In this document: piece by piece, positions 1 to 13,780 of the stretch
Layout of the letters: each line of letters starts with the position of its first letter
How positions within the stretch are numbered: position 1 is the first letter of the stretch
DNA from: Chiloscyllium plagiosum
Lineage: Eukaryota
DNA length: 64,000 bases
Direction: 5' to 3'
NCBI RefSeq assembly: GCF_004010195.1
Contig: NC_057718.1
Location: forward strand, 76,712,129 to 76,776,128
Position numbers and translations under genes: made by a program
The notes under the pieces: generated by a model
Database searches by the model: none
What the model was told of the DNA's origin: nothing
Seen by the model: only the letters and a program-made list of their open reading frames with translations

Positions 1-515
1 CCTTCCTATCGGAAAGATGTTGTGAAACTTGAAAGGGTTCAGAAAAGATTTACAAGGATGTTGCCAGGTTGGAGGATTTGAGCTATAAGGAGAGGCTGAA
101 CAGGCTGGGGCTGTTTTCCCTGGAACATCGGAGGCTGAGGGGTGCCCATATAAAGGTTTACAAAATTATGAGGGGCATGGAGAGGGTAAATAGGCAAAGT
201 CTTTTCCCTGGGGTCGGGGATTCCAGAACTAGGTTTAGGGTGAGAGCAGAAAGATATAAAAGAGACCTAAGGGGTAACTTGTTCACACAGAGGGTGGTAT
301 GGGTATGGAATGAACTGCCAGAGAAAGTGGTGGAGGCTGGTACAATTGCAACATTTAAGAGGCATTTGGATGGGTATATGAATAGGAAGGGTTTGGAGGG
401 ATATGGGCCAGGTGCTGGCAGGTAGGACTAGGTTGGGTTGGGATATCTGGTCAGCATGGACAGGTTGGACTGAAGGGTCTGTTTCCATGCTGTACATCTC
501 GATGACTCTATGACA
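1..515 (+). mobile_element. CR1-type LINE 3' end (ORF2 C-terminus, 3'UTR, tail)
   Basis: LSYKERLNRLGLFSLEHRRLRG...FTQRVVWVWNELP is the typical CR1 ORF2 C-terminus; ATGACTCTATGAC tail; closely similar to 27193-27718. Confidence 0.9.
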
Positions 516-1250
516 TTTGGATACGTACACGAATAAGAAATGTTTGGAAGGATATGGGCCAAGTGCAGATACGTGGAACTAGTTTATTTTGGGATTATGG
601 TTGGCATGGACTGGTTGGATCGAATGACTGTTTCCATGCTATATGACACTATAACTTACCCACCACCAAAGTCAGACTCACAGGTCTATAGTTTCCAGGT
701 TTGTCCTTATATCCCTTTTTAAACAAAGCACAACATTAGCCATTCTCCAATTATCCGACACCTCACCCGTAGTTATAGATGATACAAATATTTCTGAAAG
801 GGGTCCCACAATTTCCTCCCTGTCTTCCCCAATGTCCTGGGATACACTAGACCTGGACATTTATCCACCTTTATATTTTCTAAGGTGAGAGGGGATCACA
901 TATAATTTCAGCAGGGCTGTACAGATTAATGCAGGGAGGATGTCTTCCCTGGTTGGGGAGTGTAGAACCAAAGTCTCAGGATACAGGATAGACTATTTAG
1001 GAATGAGATGAGAGAAGATGTCTTCACATAAGGGTAATGCACCTGTGGACATCTCTACCACAGAAGACCATGGATGTCAAGTCACTGAATATTTTTGAGC
1101 TAGGTACATTTTTAGATTTTAAATAGATCAAGAGATATGTAGAGAAAGCAGCATTGAGGTACAGGAGCAATCATTATCATAATGAATGGTAGAGCAGGCT
1201 TGAAAGACTGAATGGTCTACTCCTGCTCCCAGATTCTATGTTTCTATGTT
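516..1250. mobile_element. Stack of decayed CR1 fragments in mixed orientation
   Basis: Second CR1 3'UTR at about 516-650, minus-strand RT piece (WRMANVV, 678-860), and another + 3' end with CTATGTTT tail at about 885-1250. Confidence 0.7.
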
Positions 1251-3659
1251 AGATATAGTGTCACCAGAATATTACACTATGGAGGATTTAAAAGTGTTCT
1301 CACTCTGTATCTTTGCAAATATTTTTAAGTAGGGATCCATAAACAGCAATGAAGAACAGAAATCCTGACAAATATTCTTCCCTCCAGACACCCACCATTC
1401 CTCCCTCCTGACCATGAATGAATCCTGGATCTTCCTCATCTGCAACACCAGATGATGCCTTCAGTTAGTGGACCATTTGAGGGGTTATTATTTATTAGAT
1501 TTTTGCAAGTTCTTTTTGGGGGGGTACAATTTAAATTTATTTCAATGATCATTGCCATTTATGTTATGTTAAACAATCAACCAGAAGTGTGTTCCTGCTT
1601 GTATTTGATGGTGATGCATGCATAAATCTGGCCTGATTTATGGAAAACGTTGTTTGCATTGTTATTGACACTTGAGGTCACAATTCTATGGGAAGATGCC
1701 TCAAAATTTCAATATTCTAAGATAGATTAAATAATTCTGGACTAGCCTTAAAGGAATTTTATGTAGCCCCGTGGCTCAGAATCAGTGAAATTTCAAAGAT
1801 AAAATGTAACATTTTTAATGGAAATATAAGCAATTTAAAAGGTTAGAAACATAATTAGATATGTCAGCATCTGAATAGAATAGAATAGCAAGTTAGATGT
1901 GACTGTTTATTGATGAACCAGTTAACTGGCGTTGCACTTTCAATTTTTATGCTTAATTCCCAAGTTCATATTTTTCTTTATATAACAACGTGGAGCCCTA
2001 CAAGAAAGAGATACTCTGTCATTCAAAGTTGCCACTCTTTTTAATGCACTAATCATACTTTTATTCCTCTTTTTGTAGAAAGCATAGTCATTCATCAGGT
2101 ACAGATGACATCGGCATGATGGTCCTCTAATTGTTGGGAGCGTGCCTGTGATTTTATTGCACTGCATTACTGCTGGTTGAAAGAAACATTGCCCTAGGCT
2201 GCAGCCTCCATGGCTCTGATTCCAGTCTTGTATGCTACTGACCACTACGAGAGAGACACTGTAATCATAACCTGTATATTTTTTGAAGAAATTGAAAATT
2301 TCATTTTATGTGCATAGAATTAGCTCATAATTTTTCCCGCGTTGTAAGAAAAGAGGAACAGAGGCACAATGTCAAGATTTGCTGCAATTTGTTTCATTAC
2401 ACGGAAGTGTATATTTTAGAAATATCCTCTTAATTTGTACATGGCCAATGGTATCATGGGTTCATTTATCACAACACGCTGATCAACTCTTCTCCCTTGA
2501 CAAGGGACAGAATAGCATCGCTTTGAAATTCAAAGAAGAGGGATAAATGAAACATCTGTTAATCTGATATAACCTCATTCAGAAATTAAGACAATTAATT
2601 TTCATATATCGATTGACTTTTAATTTACCTTTTAGTTCTGCTTGGTATTTAATGTGAATCATTTTGATTCTGTAGCAACACTTCAATCTGTACCTAAATA
2701 AAGAAAAGTAAACTAATTTTTTTTTTTACACTTCAGAAATGTTTAAGTTCTTTTGAATTTGAAATTTTAAAACAAGATTTTTCATTTTCAAGGACTTCTC
2801 CATTTTGAAACAAAACTCCTTGCTGCAGCGATGATTCTAGACTTGAAGCTGTGGTCAGATTAGCTAGTTGGCACTGCCCTGCCTTGGTTTGTTCTTCTAG
2901 CAGCGTTATACTGCAAAATAACATACCAGTGTTTTGAGATGTAATTTTAAAGTTGACTATCAAAACGGCTGATAAGCATCCTATGTTCTCCTAGCCATGG
3001 TGCTGCACAATGCTGATGAATTGTTAATGAATATGATGCACATCTTACATTCTGGTTTTAAAAATCTACAGCACCATCTGACCGATTGCAAGTGCAATTC
3101 AAGTTTTAAATAATTAAAGACTATATATTTAATTCAGCACATTGGTCTTTTTTTTCTTTCGTCATTGCAGCGTGTATTTGATTATCCTTTGGTTCAAACA
3201 ATAGTATTAACAATTGGCTTTATTTCAGTTAAAAATGACTTTTCAGAAACACCTTTTAATGTTTCCATTTGTCAAAGTGATCGTCCGCACAAAACAAAAA
3301 TGCAGACTGAAAATTAACTACTTGCCTTTTGGGAATGGAGGCAAAGCTCTTCTACAAATGGTCCACTTTGGAGGAAGACAAAATTCACTGTGTTTCTATA
3401 CCATCCTACCGCAGATTTATTAAAATCAATAGAGATAAACAGCTAACTCATTTGTCCATCTACCTTTAGGTGCGTTTTACATATTCCTGTTCATGAGAAA
3501 AGCATAGAATGACTCAAAAATCAGTTATCAATGTGATCAATTTGCCTGCATTAAAAAAAACACTTCAGAAGTTATAGATTACATGAAGAGGCTTGAAACA
3601 TTTTGCTTTATCCTGTGTTTAAAACCAACACAATTACCTCACATTGAAACACTAAAAAA

Positions 3660-4340
3660 AAGTTGCCCTCATGTCCTTTTCAAATCTTTCTCCTCTCACC
3701 TTAAAAATATGCCTCTGAGTTTTGAATTCCTCACCCTAGGGAAAAGACCCTTGCCATTCACCTCATCTATGCCCCTCATGATTTTATGAACCTCAATAAG
3801 GTCACCCCTCAACCTCCTACGCTCCAATGAAAAAGGTCCCAGGCTTTCCAGTCCAATTTTACATCTCAAACCCTCCATTCCCGGCAACATCCAGGTAAAT
3901 TGCAACAGAAACAGGAGTAGACCATCTGTAAGATCATATCTCTGATGTGGGCTGGAATCCACATTCTCAGTTATCTCTGATAACCATTGATACGTTTGTT
4001 CATCAAGAATCTATTTGTCTTTGTCTTAAAAATATTCAATTACACTTCCATCACTCTCAGGAGAAGAGAGTTTGAAAGAGTTATGACCTTCTAAGAGGAA
4101 AACATTCTTTTAATTTTCGACTTGAAGTGGCGATACTTTATTTTTTAACTCTGTTGTCTAGTTCTAGCATCTCCCAGAAAAGGAAACATCCTCTCAGAAA
4201 CGACACTGTCAAGTCCCCTCAGGATTCTGCATGTTTCAATTATGTCACCTCTCATTCTTTGAAACTCATTGGGATACAGGTGCAATCTGTACAACCTTTC
4301 CTCATAAGAAACCTTTTGACCTACATTGTCCCAATTGTCT
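3660..4340 (-). mobile_element. CR1 3' fragments
   Basis: FSLERRRLRGDLIEVHKIMRG in ORF 3696-3962; an adjacent second 3' end. Confidence 0.8.
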
Positions 4341-4344
4341 AACT

Positions 4345-4893
4345 GTCTTAACTACGTAGTCTTGGTAATGATTAACATCATTAATACTGTTATCACAGTT
4401 ACTAACATGATCACCATCTCTACATCAAAGCCTCAAAGTCAAAACCTGACAAGTTGAGATGATCTGAAATTCTGATTGGATATCCTGGTCTAGATTGCTT
4501 GAGTTTAACACAAGGATGATGGTATTGAACCATGTCTACAATAATGGTACCATTCTGTATATTGTCTGACGAATACTCATGGCTGACCCATATACCTTGA
4601 TAATCATACTTCATGTCACTTCTTGTTCCTCCTGAATGCCCCTTCAGCTGTTCTGACAGTATAACATCTTGGCTGATCTGTTTTTTTATGATGACCATGG
4701 CTTCTGACTTTGTCTCCCCAAGCCCTGGCTTTAATGTCGATAGAGGTTTGGCCCTGTATCTATAGTTGTACCACGTCTGCTGCAATTTCTTGTGTCTTTG
4801 CTGTAGTTGTTTTACTTTTTTGTGGTCTTGAGAGATCATGTTTAGTTCAAAGTTGTGTTTTAAAGCAGGAAATTCTATTTTTAACGTCCTCAC
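4345..4893 (-). mobile_element. Gypsy-type LTR retrotransposon, integrase C-terminal remnant
   Basis: QQTWYNYRYRAKPLSTLKPG and SRPGYPIRISDHLNL resemble the Gypsy pol tail (Q..Y.....K.L..LKPG; TRSGR.I..P.RLNL). Confidence 0.55.
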
Positions 4894-5559
4894 CATCTGC
4901 TGACAAGATATAGGAGCAGAAGTAGACCAATCAGCTGATTGGATCTGTTCGACCATTCAATGAAATCTCGTAATCCTCAACTTCACTTTCCTGCTTCCCC
5001 CATACTCTTGATTCCCTTCCTGATTTAAAAATCTGTCTGTCTCAGCCTTGAATATACTTAATGACCTAGCCTCTTGTATTATTCAAAGATGTTATATAAG
5101 AACATAAGATTTAGGAACAGGAACAGACCATTCAGCCCCGCAAGCCTGCCCACCATTCAATAAAGACCTGAAATCCTCTTTTATATTTTATGTTGCTTTA
5201 TAAGTGAACAGAGCTAAATCCTAGTCTGGCTTCTTATGCATCAGTGACCTCACAGCCTTGACTCCTCTTTTTGCCTCTCTGTTCAACAGAGGATACAATA
5301 CTTGTTACCAGCATGGTGGCTGCCTCCAAGCAAACCTCATGAAATCCTCATTCATGAACTGAGGTCTATTGTCTAATACTGATTCTTCTGGAAAATCACA
5401 TATTGCAAAGGTCATGTTCAGTTCTCTGACTACTGAGCACAGTGTAATTGAATTAAATCTTGAAATCTATTGTAGGATTGAGCAAAAATCCCCATATTCT
5501 GAAATACTGGACCAAAATCCTGGACTTCTCAAATCATTTTTAAAAGGGAAAAAAGGCAG

Positions 5560-6800
5560 CTGGCTATGATCTGGGAAAGTTATACAGACACAGAGATAGC
5601 TGCTTGGAACTAAAGTTCAGCCCGAAAATCCAATGCACACCTCGACTCTAAAAGATAAATCAACCAGACCTAACACTTTAGACTGAAACTCACTTTTACC
5701 TTTTGGGCTACCCCAACCTAGACATTATGGAGCCTATACAGACACCAAGACATTCAACTTCAATCAATACTCATTCAGAGAGATATCGGGCATTCAACCT
5801 CAATCAAAGCACATTCACTCATACTCTTAACTGTCAGGAAGCCAATTGACCTCAAAGGGAACACAAGTAACGCAATGGCAAGTGCAGATTTGGTATGAAG
5901 ATAAAAGGCCTACAACTAGTATGATTGAAGGATCCAACCTCACCTGACAGAATTACTGTCCCGAGTGCTATCCCTGCAACTACCACTAGGAGAGGGATCC
6001 CACAATGATTCACTCAGAAAGCTATCTACACAGCTATCTCCAGAAGTGGAATCCCGACGGAATCTCAAAACCTACCGGCACAGGCCTGTTCCGTACAGGA
6101 AACCAATGACGACCGACCACAACCAGCAGACCTGTGAACTGACAACCTCCATAAACTACCGACCTGACCAACACCACAAGGCCTCAGACACAACCTGAAG
6201 TGAAAACAGGCTCGCAAAAACCACCAGAAAGTAAGGAAAACTAAGTACTCACTTGGTAGATCCAATGCACGTCCTACCACATCAGCAGACTCAACCCAGA
6301 CTGAAGATCTATACCATCCGAGGTCTTCATCAAGGCACCAGGTATGGCAACTGGGAACAACGACCTGTACTTCAAAATCACGAGTTCTTCCCAGTGGTGA
6401 GCTTAAATTACCAAGACCCCAAAGCATCCAACCTAGCTAGCAGGGAGGGGGGAAGGTAGGTGGTGACAGTGCAGGAACCCCCAACGGTAGAAAGCCTGAT
6501 GAAGGTTTCTGTGACTAAACCGGTTGCTTAGTTCTAATAGCGCTTAATCTGTATTTGATTTAACAGTGTATTTAGTTACAGTCCTCTGAATAATTGTGTC
6601 AATTTCACTGTTTTTATTGCATTTGCCTTTTGTTTCTTGTATTATACTTACCTTTTTTTGTATTTAAATAAACTCAGAGCTTCTTTTGCCCTGAAACATC
6701 TGTCTCCTGCCTTCTTCATTTCACATTTCCTAAATTAGTCCAGTGTCAGAACCAGGGATCTGGGGTGATTTGAACCACTTAAAATCAGCAAACTACTGAT
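5560..6800 (+). mobile_element. Possible solo LTR or ERV-like remnant
   Basis: A/C-skewed body with a 40-nt periodic repeat (5751/5791), then a T-rich segment with AATAAA near 6667. No TG..CA ends or TSD confidently identified. Confidence 0.3.
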
Positions 6801-7520
6801 CACAAATCAGAATCCTACACTATCTTGAGTAGCAGTCAACTAGAACTAAATGCCTCCTCCTTACAAAATTGAACAAAATCCATTGCAGGCATTTTCCATG
6901 ACCTTTCTGGAAATTTTGATGGAATGGTTGGCTCTGAAGCAGTTGGCCGTAAATGGCGTATGATCACACAATGAAATGCAATGCTGTTTGTCCTTCATAA
7001 TGCAGGGTTACTACAGCTGTGCTCTTGATCTGCACTTTGTGATACCTGGATGTCCTCTGTGACATTTCTGTGGGATTTCTCTTCACAATGAGATTGGTAT
7101 CAACAACATGGAGTTAAATTCATGCAAGCCAAATCAGGTCAATATATCAGGATTCTAGATTATCGCTATCTGAGAGATTCAGATGACAAGGAGGTTGGGA
7201 GGTGTGGGTTGAAGGTGAAATGGAGATGGTGATCACAGTGATAACCATTCTGTGCTCATACGCCAATAAATCTTCTACTACTATTTTTTGCTCATAGTAA
7301 CGTTTCAGCACTTAGTTTGCCAACTATATTTCAACCTCTCAGAGATCTAGACATGCATTTCTGCTCAGTAATTAGGTATTTTGCTTCTTCAGTATGTATA
7401 TAATGTTTCACATACTTTCAATCTTCTGTGAACAAGCTTCATGATTTGCTTACATATGAAGATCTAAGCCCTCGGACGCAGGACTTTTAAGTTGCATAGT
7501 CTGACTTTCACAGACTTCAA

Positions 7521-8800
7521 AGCTGAAAAATGTGTTGCTGGAAAAGCACAGCAGGTCAGGCAGCATCAAAGGAACAAGAGAATCGACATTTCTGGCATAA
7601 GCCCTTCTTCAGGAATGAGGAGGGTGTGCCAAGCAGGCTAAGATAAAAGGTAGGGAGGAAGGACTTGGGGGAGGGGCGTTGGGAATGCGATAGGTGGGAG
7701 GAGGTTAAGGTGAGGGTGATAGGCTGGAGAGGGGTTGGGGGCGGAGAGGTCAGGAAGAAGATTGCAGGCCAAGAAGGCGGTGCTGAGNNNNNNNNNNNNN
7801 NNNNNNNNNNNNNNNNNNNNNNNNNNNNNNNNNNNNNNNNNNNNNNNNNNNNNNNNNNNNNNNNNNNNNNNNNNNNNNNNNNNNNNNNNNNNNNNNNNNN
7901 NNNNNNNNNNNNNNNNNNNNNNNNNNNNNNNNNNNNNNNNNNNNNNNNNNNNNNNNNNNNNNNNNNNNNNNNNNNNNNNNNNNNNNNNNNNNNNNNNNNN
8001 NNNNNNNNNNNNNNNNNNNNNNNNNNNNNNNNNNNNNNNNNNNNNNNNNNNNNNNNNNNNNNNNNNNNNNNNNNNNNNNNNNNNNNNNNNNNNNNNNNNN
8101 NNNNNNNNNNNNNNNNNNNNNNNNNNNNNNNNNNNNNNNNNNNNNNNNNNNNNNNNNNNNNNNNNNNNNNNNNNNNNNNNNNNNNNNNNNNNNNNNNNNN
8201 NNNNNNNNNNNNNNNNNNNNNNNNNNNNNNNNNNNNNNNNNNNNNNNNNNNNNNNNNNNNNNNNNNNNNNNNNNNNNNNNNNNNNNNNNNNNNNNNNNNN
8301 NNNNNNNNNNNNNNNNNNNNNNNNNNNNNNNNNNNNNNNNNNNNNNNNNNNNNNNNNNNNNNNNNNNNNNNNNCGGTATTGGAATTGGTCCTCCTGGGGG
8401 CAGATGCGGTGGAGGCGAAGGAATTGGGAATATGGGATGGCGTTTTTACAGGGGGCAGGGTGGGAGGAGGTGTAATCTAGGTAGCTGTGGGAGTTGGTTG
8501 ATTTATAATAAACGTCTGTGTTGAGTTGGTCGTCCAAGATAGAAATGGAGAGGCCTAGGAAGGGGAGGGAGGAGTCTGAGACGGTCCAGGTAAATTTGAG
8601 GTCAGGGTGGAAGGTGTTGGTAAAGTGGATGAACTGTTCAATCTCCTCGTGGGAGCGCGAGGTAGCGCCAATACAGTCATCGATGTAGCGGAGGAAAAGG
8701 TGGGGGGTGGTGCCAGTGTAGCTGTGGAAGATGGACTGTTCCACATATCCGACGAAGAGGCAGGCATAGCTGGGGCCTATGCGGGTGCCCATGGCTATTC
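7521..8800 (-). mobile_element. Penelope-like element: RT fragment plus 3' terminus, spanning gap 7788-8373
   Basis: MGTRIGPSYACLFVGYVE...LRYIDDCIG...FHPDLKFT...DVYYKST is a PLE-type RT; the terminus matches other PLE ends in this window; possible CTTCAA duplication at 7515 and 8801. Confidence 0.9.
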
Positions 8801-11204
8801 CTTCAATCCTGGCCAGCTGTCAGTGAGTCTTGAAAAAGATGCTCTTGTATCAAGTTTTAATTTCATTTGAAACCCATTGACTAAATCCTTATATCTTCAA
8901 GTGGATGGTCCAAGACCTGTTTCAGCGCTTGATGATCTCTCCCTGGAATGTTACCTTCAACTTTTGTTCCATATCCCTATTTTTCTGTATCTCTCCTTGT
9001 TGCATAAATTCCATTTCTCTGGAAATGGTCCTTTTTCAGGTCTATTTTTTTGTTTTTCATTGATGAAGGTGCTGTTAACTTGTTTTGTTAAAGTTCCCAA
9101 CTGGCCACTTTCAACTTCACCTGCTGGACATTAATTGAACTTGAAACTGCATTTGAAGTCACATCATGTACAGCCTTGTTGACATTGTTTCCCAAACTTT
9201 TGGCACTTTGATGGGCTTTCAGAAGGATGGAAAGGCCATCTTGGACTAACCTATCTGGCCACTTCAAAAGAATTCCTGATGTTTCCTTGCAGTCCAATTT
9301 TGGACTGTGATTTCAGCCTGCATAATGAATTGATTTACCTGTTCTAACACTAAATTTGGATTTAAATAAATTTGACAATGTGAGAAACAAAGCTCACTCA
9401 CTTCAATAATTTCAGTCTGAGACAAGATCTGAAGCAGTAGTATCGTTTATTACGCTCTTGAAAGAGGGGTGTGTGTCTACTGTTTACAAAGGCAGTCACA
9501 CACACACCGAGTCTAATGAGTAACACAATATGTAACTCGTTTCTCTTCCCTCTTCCCATTGCTCCTCCTCTGTTTACATTTCCCACTACTCTAAGCCCAC
9601 TACTCTTGTTTATCTCTGAACTTGTCCGTGGCAAAATGTTTATCTCTCGCTTCACAAGGCCGTTTGACCACCTCCCTCTGTGATCTTATTGTTAAATATC
9701 CTTCTTCACTACCATCTGTTTCCCTTGCTTGTAACATTTCCTCCCATTTCTCATCCATATTGAGCCTCTTGATTGTGCTTTTGTTCTTGTTTTTGCAGAA
9801 GCGGGAAACAGATGCTTATAACTACTGTTTGTACAAGCATATCTCGCTTAACCCCTCCCCTCACAGCACCTTATCTATTTGTCTGTAACATTTACCATTG
9901 TTTGCAGGCACATTTCATTCTTGTATGCATATTTTAGCTAATACAAAAACAATTACATATTTCCTTCACATAGTTTTCATTCTTGTTAACTCAGCTCTTG
10001 GCTGAAACAATTATACACTGGTGTGAGTTCATTTACCCTGCATAAGTAATTATGATTGCAGAAGTAACACTGCTTTACCTGTATCCCACAACAATTTCAT
10101 CCCTCGCACAAGCTACTATTCAGTCCGATTAATTCATTTTTAAAATCTCCTTAACTGCAAAACAATATAAATCAACTTAAAAAGGCATTGATTGATTCTC
10201 TCAAATGCAGAGATTATTGATCAAGCCTTGCCAGTGCTCTCAATAAATTTGTTTTGGACTAAAATGTGCATTGGGGGCTTTAATCAATACATCATACTCT
10301 ATAATACTTCCATCTTTTGTCTTTCAAAGTGATCATCCATTGGACCAACAGTACTGCTGTTTTGAATGTAAACCTAAAGCCATTTTATAGCATTGAAACT
10401 GCTACATTCAGAACCTTCCACTCTACATGGCTCATTGTAGGCTTTCTGTAGTATCAAATGATTGAGGTAATGGCAAGTTTTCCATCAGAGCTGCCATCGT
10501 ATGACGTACATATTTGATTGACCTGGATGAGTTCTGGGGGTTTTTCCTTTTACTGTTGAAGCATTCTAATATTCTGTTTTTCTTCTCCATAGAATTGCTG
10601 TTTCAAAGTCTTCCAAGGTTCTTTTTCCTGCCCTTTGGAATCTTCCTACTTTTCAATTAGTTACACCTTTGAAGTCTGTCGTGGTCCTTTCCTGCCTTTG
10701 GAGTCCTCCCTGTTCAGCTATGTCCTTGTACTTTATTTTAACTTCAGAATGTGGCTCTAGAGTTTGTTTCCTAAGCTGCTACCAGGCTTTATCATGGCTT
10801 TCAGCCAGTACTGCTATCTGTATGTTCAGATACCAGTTTGAAGTACCTCAGGATGTGCATATCTGCACATCCACTGTCCAGAGGGTGCTTGCCCCCTAGC
10901 CTTTTAACTCTTCTGTAGACCAGACTTCTGTAAAATTCTTTTAATTACATCTATACATGGCTGATTTTCAAATACAATTGTCTGGTGTCATGTCTAAAAT
11001 CAAGACCACTCTCTCCATATGCTCATCCTAGACTGATGTCTTCTCTCTTACTGATGTCACAATAATGTGATCCGTTACATCAGCATGATTTAATAAATCT
11101 CATTTTACCACACATTTCAACATAATCAAGCAATATTCAAATTTTGTCATAAAATACATGGGTTTTTTGATGATCTACATATAGCTCTCATACATTGTAT
11201 CTTA

Positions 11205-11815
11205 GACATAGGAGCAGAAGCAAGCCATTCAGCCTATTGAGTCTGCTGTGCCATTCAATGAGATCATAGTCAATCTCATATTCCTCAACTCTACTTTCCT
11301 GCCTTTTCTCCACAACTGTTGACTCCCTCCTGACTAAAAATCTGTCAGCCTTGATTTTGATTAATGACTTACACAGCCTACTACGATAAAAAATTCCACA
11401 GATTCAGTAACCTCTGAGTGAAAACATTCCTCCTCATCTCTGTTTTAAATGAGTGGTTTCTTAATCTGAGATTATGCCCTCTGGTCCTAGATTCTACCAC
11501 AAGAGGAAACAATCTCTCCATATCTACCCTGTGAAACTTACTAAGAATCTTATATGTTTTAATAAGATTGCCTCTCATTCTTCTATTCTCCAATTGAGTA
11601 TAGGCCCAACCCACTTAACCTCTTCCCATTAAAGAAAACCCTCCATACCTGGGATCAACAAGGTGAACGTTATCTGGACTGCTTTCAATGCCAGTGTACA
11701 TAGGCGACAAAACTGTTTGCAGTATTCTGGGTGTGGTACAACTAGTGCCTTGCATAGTTGTATAAAGACTTCCCTATTTTTAAACTTCATTTGCTTTGAA
11801 ATAAAGGCCAATATT
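11205..11815 (-). mobile_element. CR1 3' fragment
   Basis: ORFs 11381-11614 and 11629-11811 (LENRRMRGNLIKTYKIL; ALVVPHPEYC). Confidence 0.85.
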
Positions 11816-11824
11816 TGATTTTTT

Positions 11825-12460
11825 TGATTTAATTAGATTTATTATTGTTACATGTACCCAGGAACAATGAAAAGTTTTTTTTTGTGTGTAGTAAAATCAT
11901 GCAGATTACACCACACAAAGTGTATTACAGTAATAGAACAGAACAAAGGATATGATGTTACAGTTTCAGAGAAGGTGCACAAAGAGAGAGATCGATATTA
12001 AATCTAAAATTTGAGATGTCCATTCAGAAGTCTAATAAAAATGTGAAAGAAGCTATTCTTGAATCTGTCCTGATCAGCATTACATCACAGCATTAGAAAA
12101 ACAATCAAAAACGTCATTCTATTCAGCCCCTTATCAGTAAAGAACCGCCTTCTGCTATAAACAGGTGGTGAATGCATGCCTAGCAGTAGCCACTGGCCTG
12201 CAGAATTGACACAGAATGATAACATGCTATCTGCATAAACTAGAATGTGTATTTGATTCAGGTCAGAAAATCTTCTATATTGTATGGTAACATGTCTGAA
12301 CAGGTTGAATAAAAATATTTATTCAGCCTGACCTTGAAGATGGTTAGAAACAAAAGCAAACTGCAAAGCAATATGGCAGAGGTTCATGAAGGGCGAAGTC
12401 ACAGCATCTCTGATGGCTAGCATGTGTTTAAGCTTTTGTATCTTGCCTTGCCTATTATCA
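11825..12460 (-). mobile_element. L2-like 3' fragment interrupted by an approximately 355 bp insert
   Basis: GAAGCTATTCTTGAATCTGT before 12070 and TGTTTAAGCTTTTGTATCTT after 12424 read as two halves of one recurrent repeat segment (from recall). Confidence 0.5.
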
Positions 12461-12850
12461 CTTCCTAACTTCTCTCACATTGGACATGAAATATTCCTAA
12501 TGATGGGGAGTTGTCTTAGTAGAGAGCAGCAAATTACATACACCAAAAAGGGAAAAGATTATCTTGAGGGGAATTCTGCTTTCTGCAGTAATTTTCAGAA
12601 AATTACTGGCAGAGAACCTGGAAGTAGTTGACTGTCTCCTTGGCTAAGGTTAACATGTGGAAAACGGAGACTAAAGAAAACAATGCAATTCAATATAAAT
12701 GTTTTTAAAAAGCCTAGATCATCATGCGTCCATGTAATAATATTGCTGCCATAGAATAGACTCTCATTTACAAATAAGTATTTTATTTGCTTTTTTGCTT
12801 GAACAATGACACATTTATGATTTAGGTGGAATCAGTTTTGAATTATAAAC

Positions 12851-13120
12851 AATAAACCTACTTCTAGGGCTATTGTGCTGCAGTGGTAGCATCACTACCT
12901 ATGGACCAAGGGACCCGGATTCACATCCCACCTGATCTATAGGTGTGCAATTATATATCTGAACAGGCTGATTACAAAAATGTTAAATAAACCTACTCTG
13001 AGGGCTCTTGTGGCACAGTGGATAGTCTCTACCTCTGGTCCAAGAGAGTCAGGTTTGGGTCGCACCTGCTCCAGTGATGTGTAATGACATCTCTAAACAG
13101 GATGATTAGAAAAAATATAA
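12851..13120 (+). mobile_element. Two tandem short tRNA-derived SINE-like copies
   Basis: Both are preceded by AATAAACCTACT (12851, 12986), have decayed A/B boxes and end in AACAGG.TGATTA; relatives at about 19540-19730 (+) and 33750-33858 (-). Confidence 0.55.
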
Positions 13121-13780
13121 CAAAATTATTCATCACCCTTCAGGGAATCTTTGAAGGCTGCACTCACTGGCTGGTTGAGAAACCTGTAGGATTCCATAAT
13201 TGTCCCCTGGAGCTTCCCATTGCCCCATACAGCAATTCCAACAATGTAGGAAAAATAGGAAAGATTTTTGAAAATAGTCAGTGTAGTAAGTAGCTACATG
13301 AAAGTAGGAAGACACAACAAAGTGGTACGAACATAAAAAACTTAAGTAGAGAAGGAATTTTCGTTTAAAACAGTCTTGCCAGTACTGGTACCTAATCTAC
13401 GTTGAGAACTATTGAATGATGACTGTGCACAAATTATTGCGAACAATGATATTTAGTTTGAGTCAGTATTAAACAAAGTCATTATGGTAGTGCGTTGCCA
13501 GGTCCATCTGTGTCCAAACTATCATACTGATTTACTTGTAGCTACAGACTCACTGGTATACAGGATATACTTTCAAACATGTCGACAATGATAGTAAAAG
13601 AATATATTTGAATTATTTTTACAGGGAATTCTTCACCTACTTGAAAATATCTTTTTAAAAATGGATTTATAAGTTAAAAATTGGATAGTGCCCAAACAAT
13701 GACATTTGTTGTATGAACAATACTTTGGTGTATGTCTTCATCACACTTGCTAGGATACAAAATACATTCTGATCAGCATT

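Noticed and set aside
7665..8480. Long ORFs made mostly of X, also at 13802-14434
   Set aside because: They run through assembly N gaps.
8810..11100. Possible minus-strand coding remnants
   Set aside because: Composition hints at decayed coding or transposon DNA, but no motif or splice structure can be supported.
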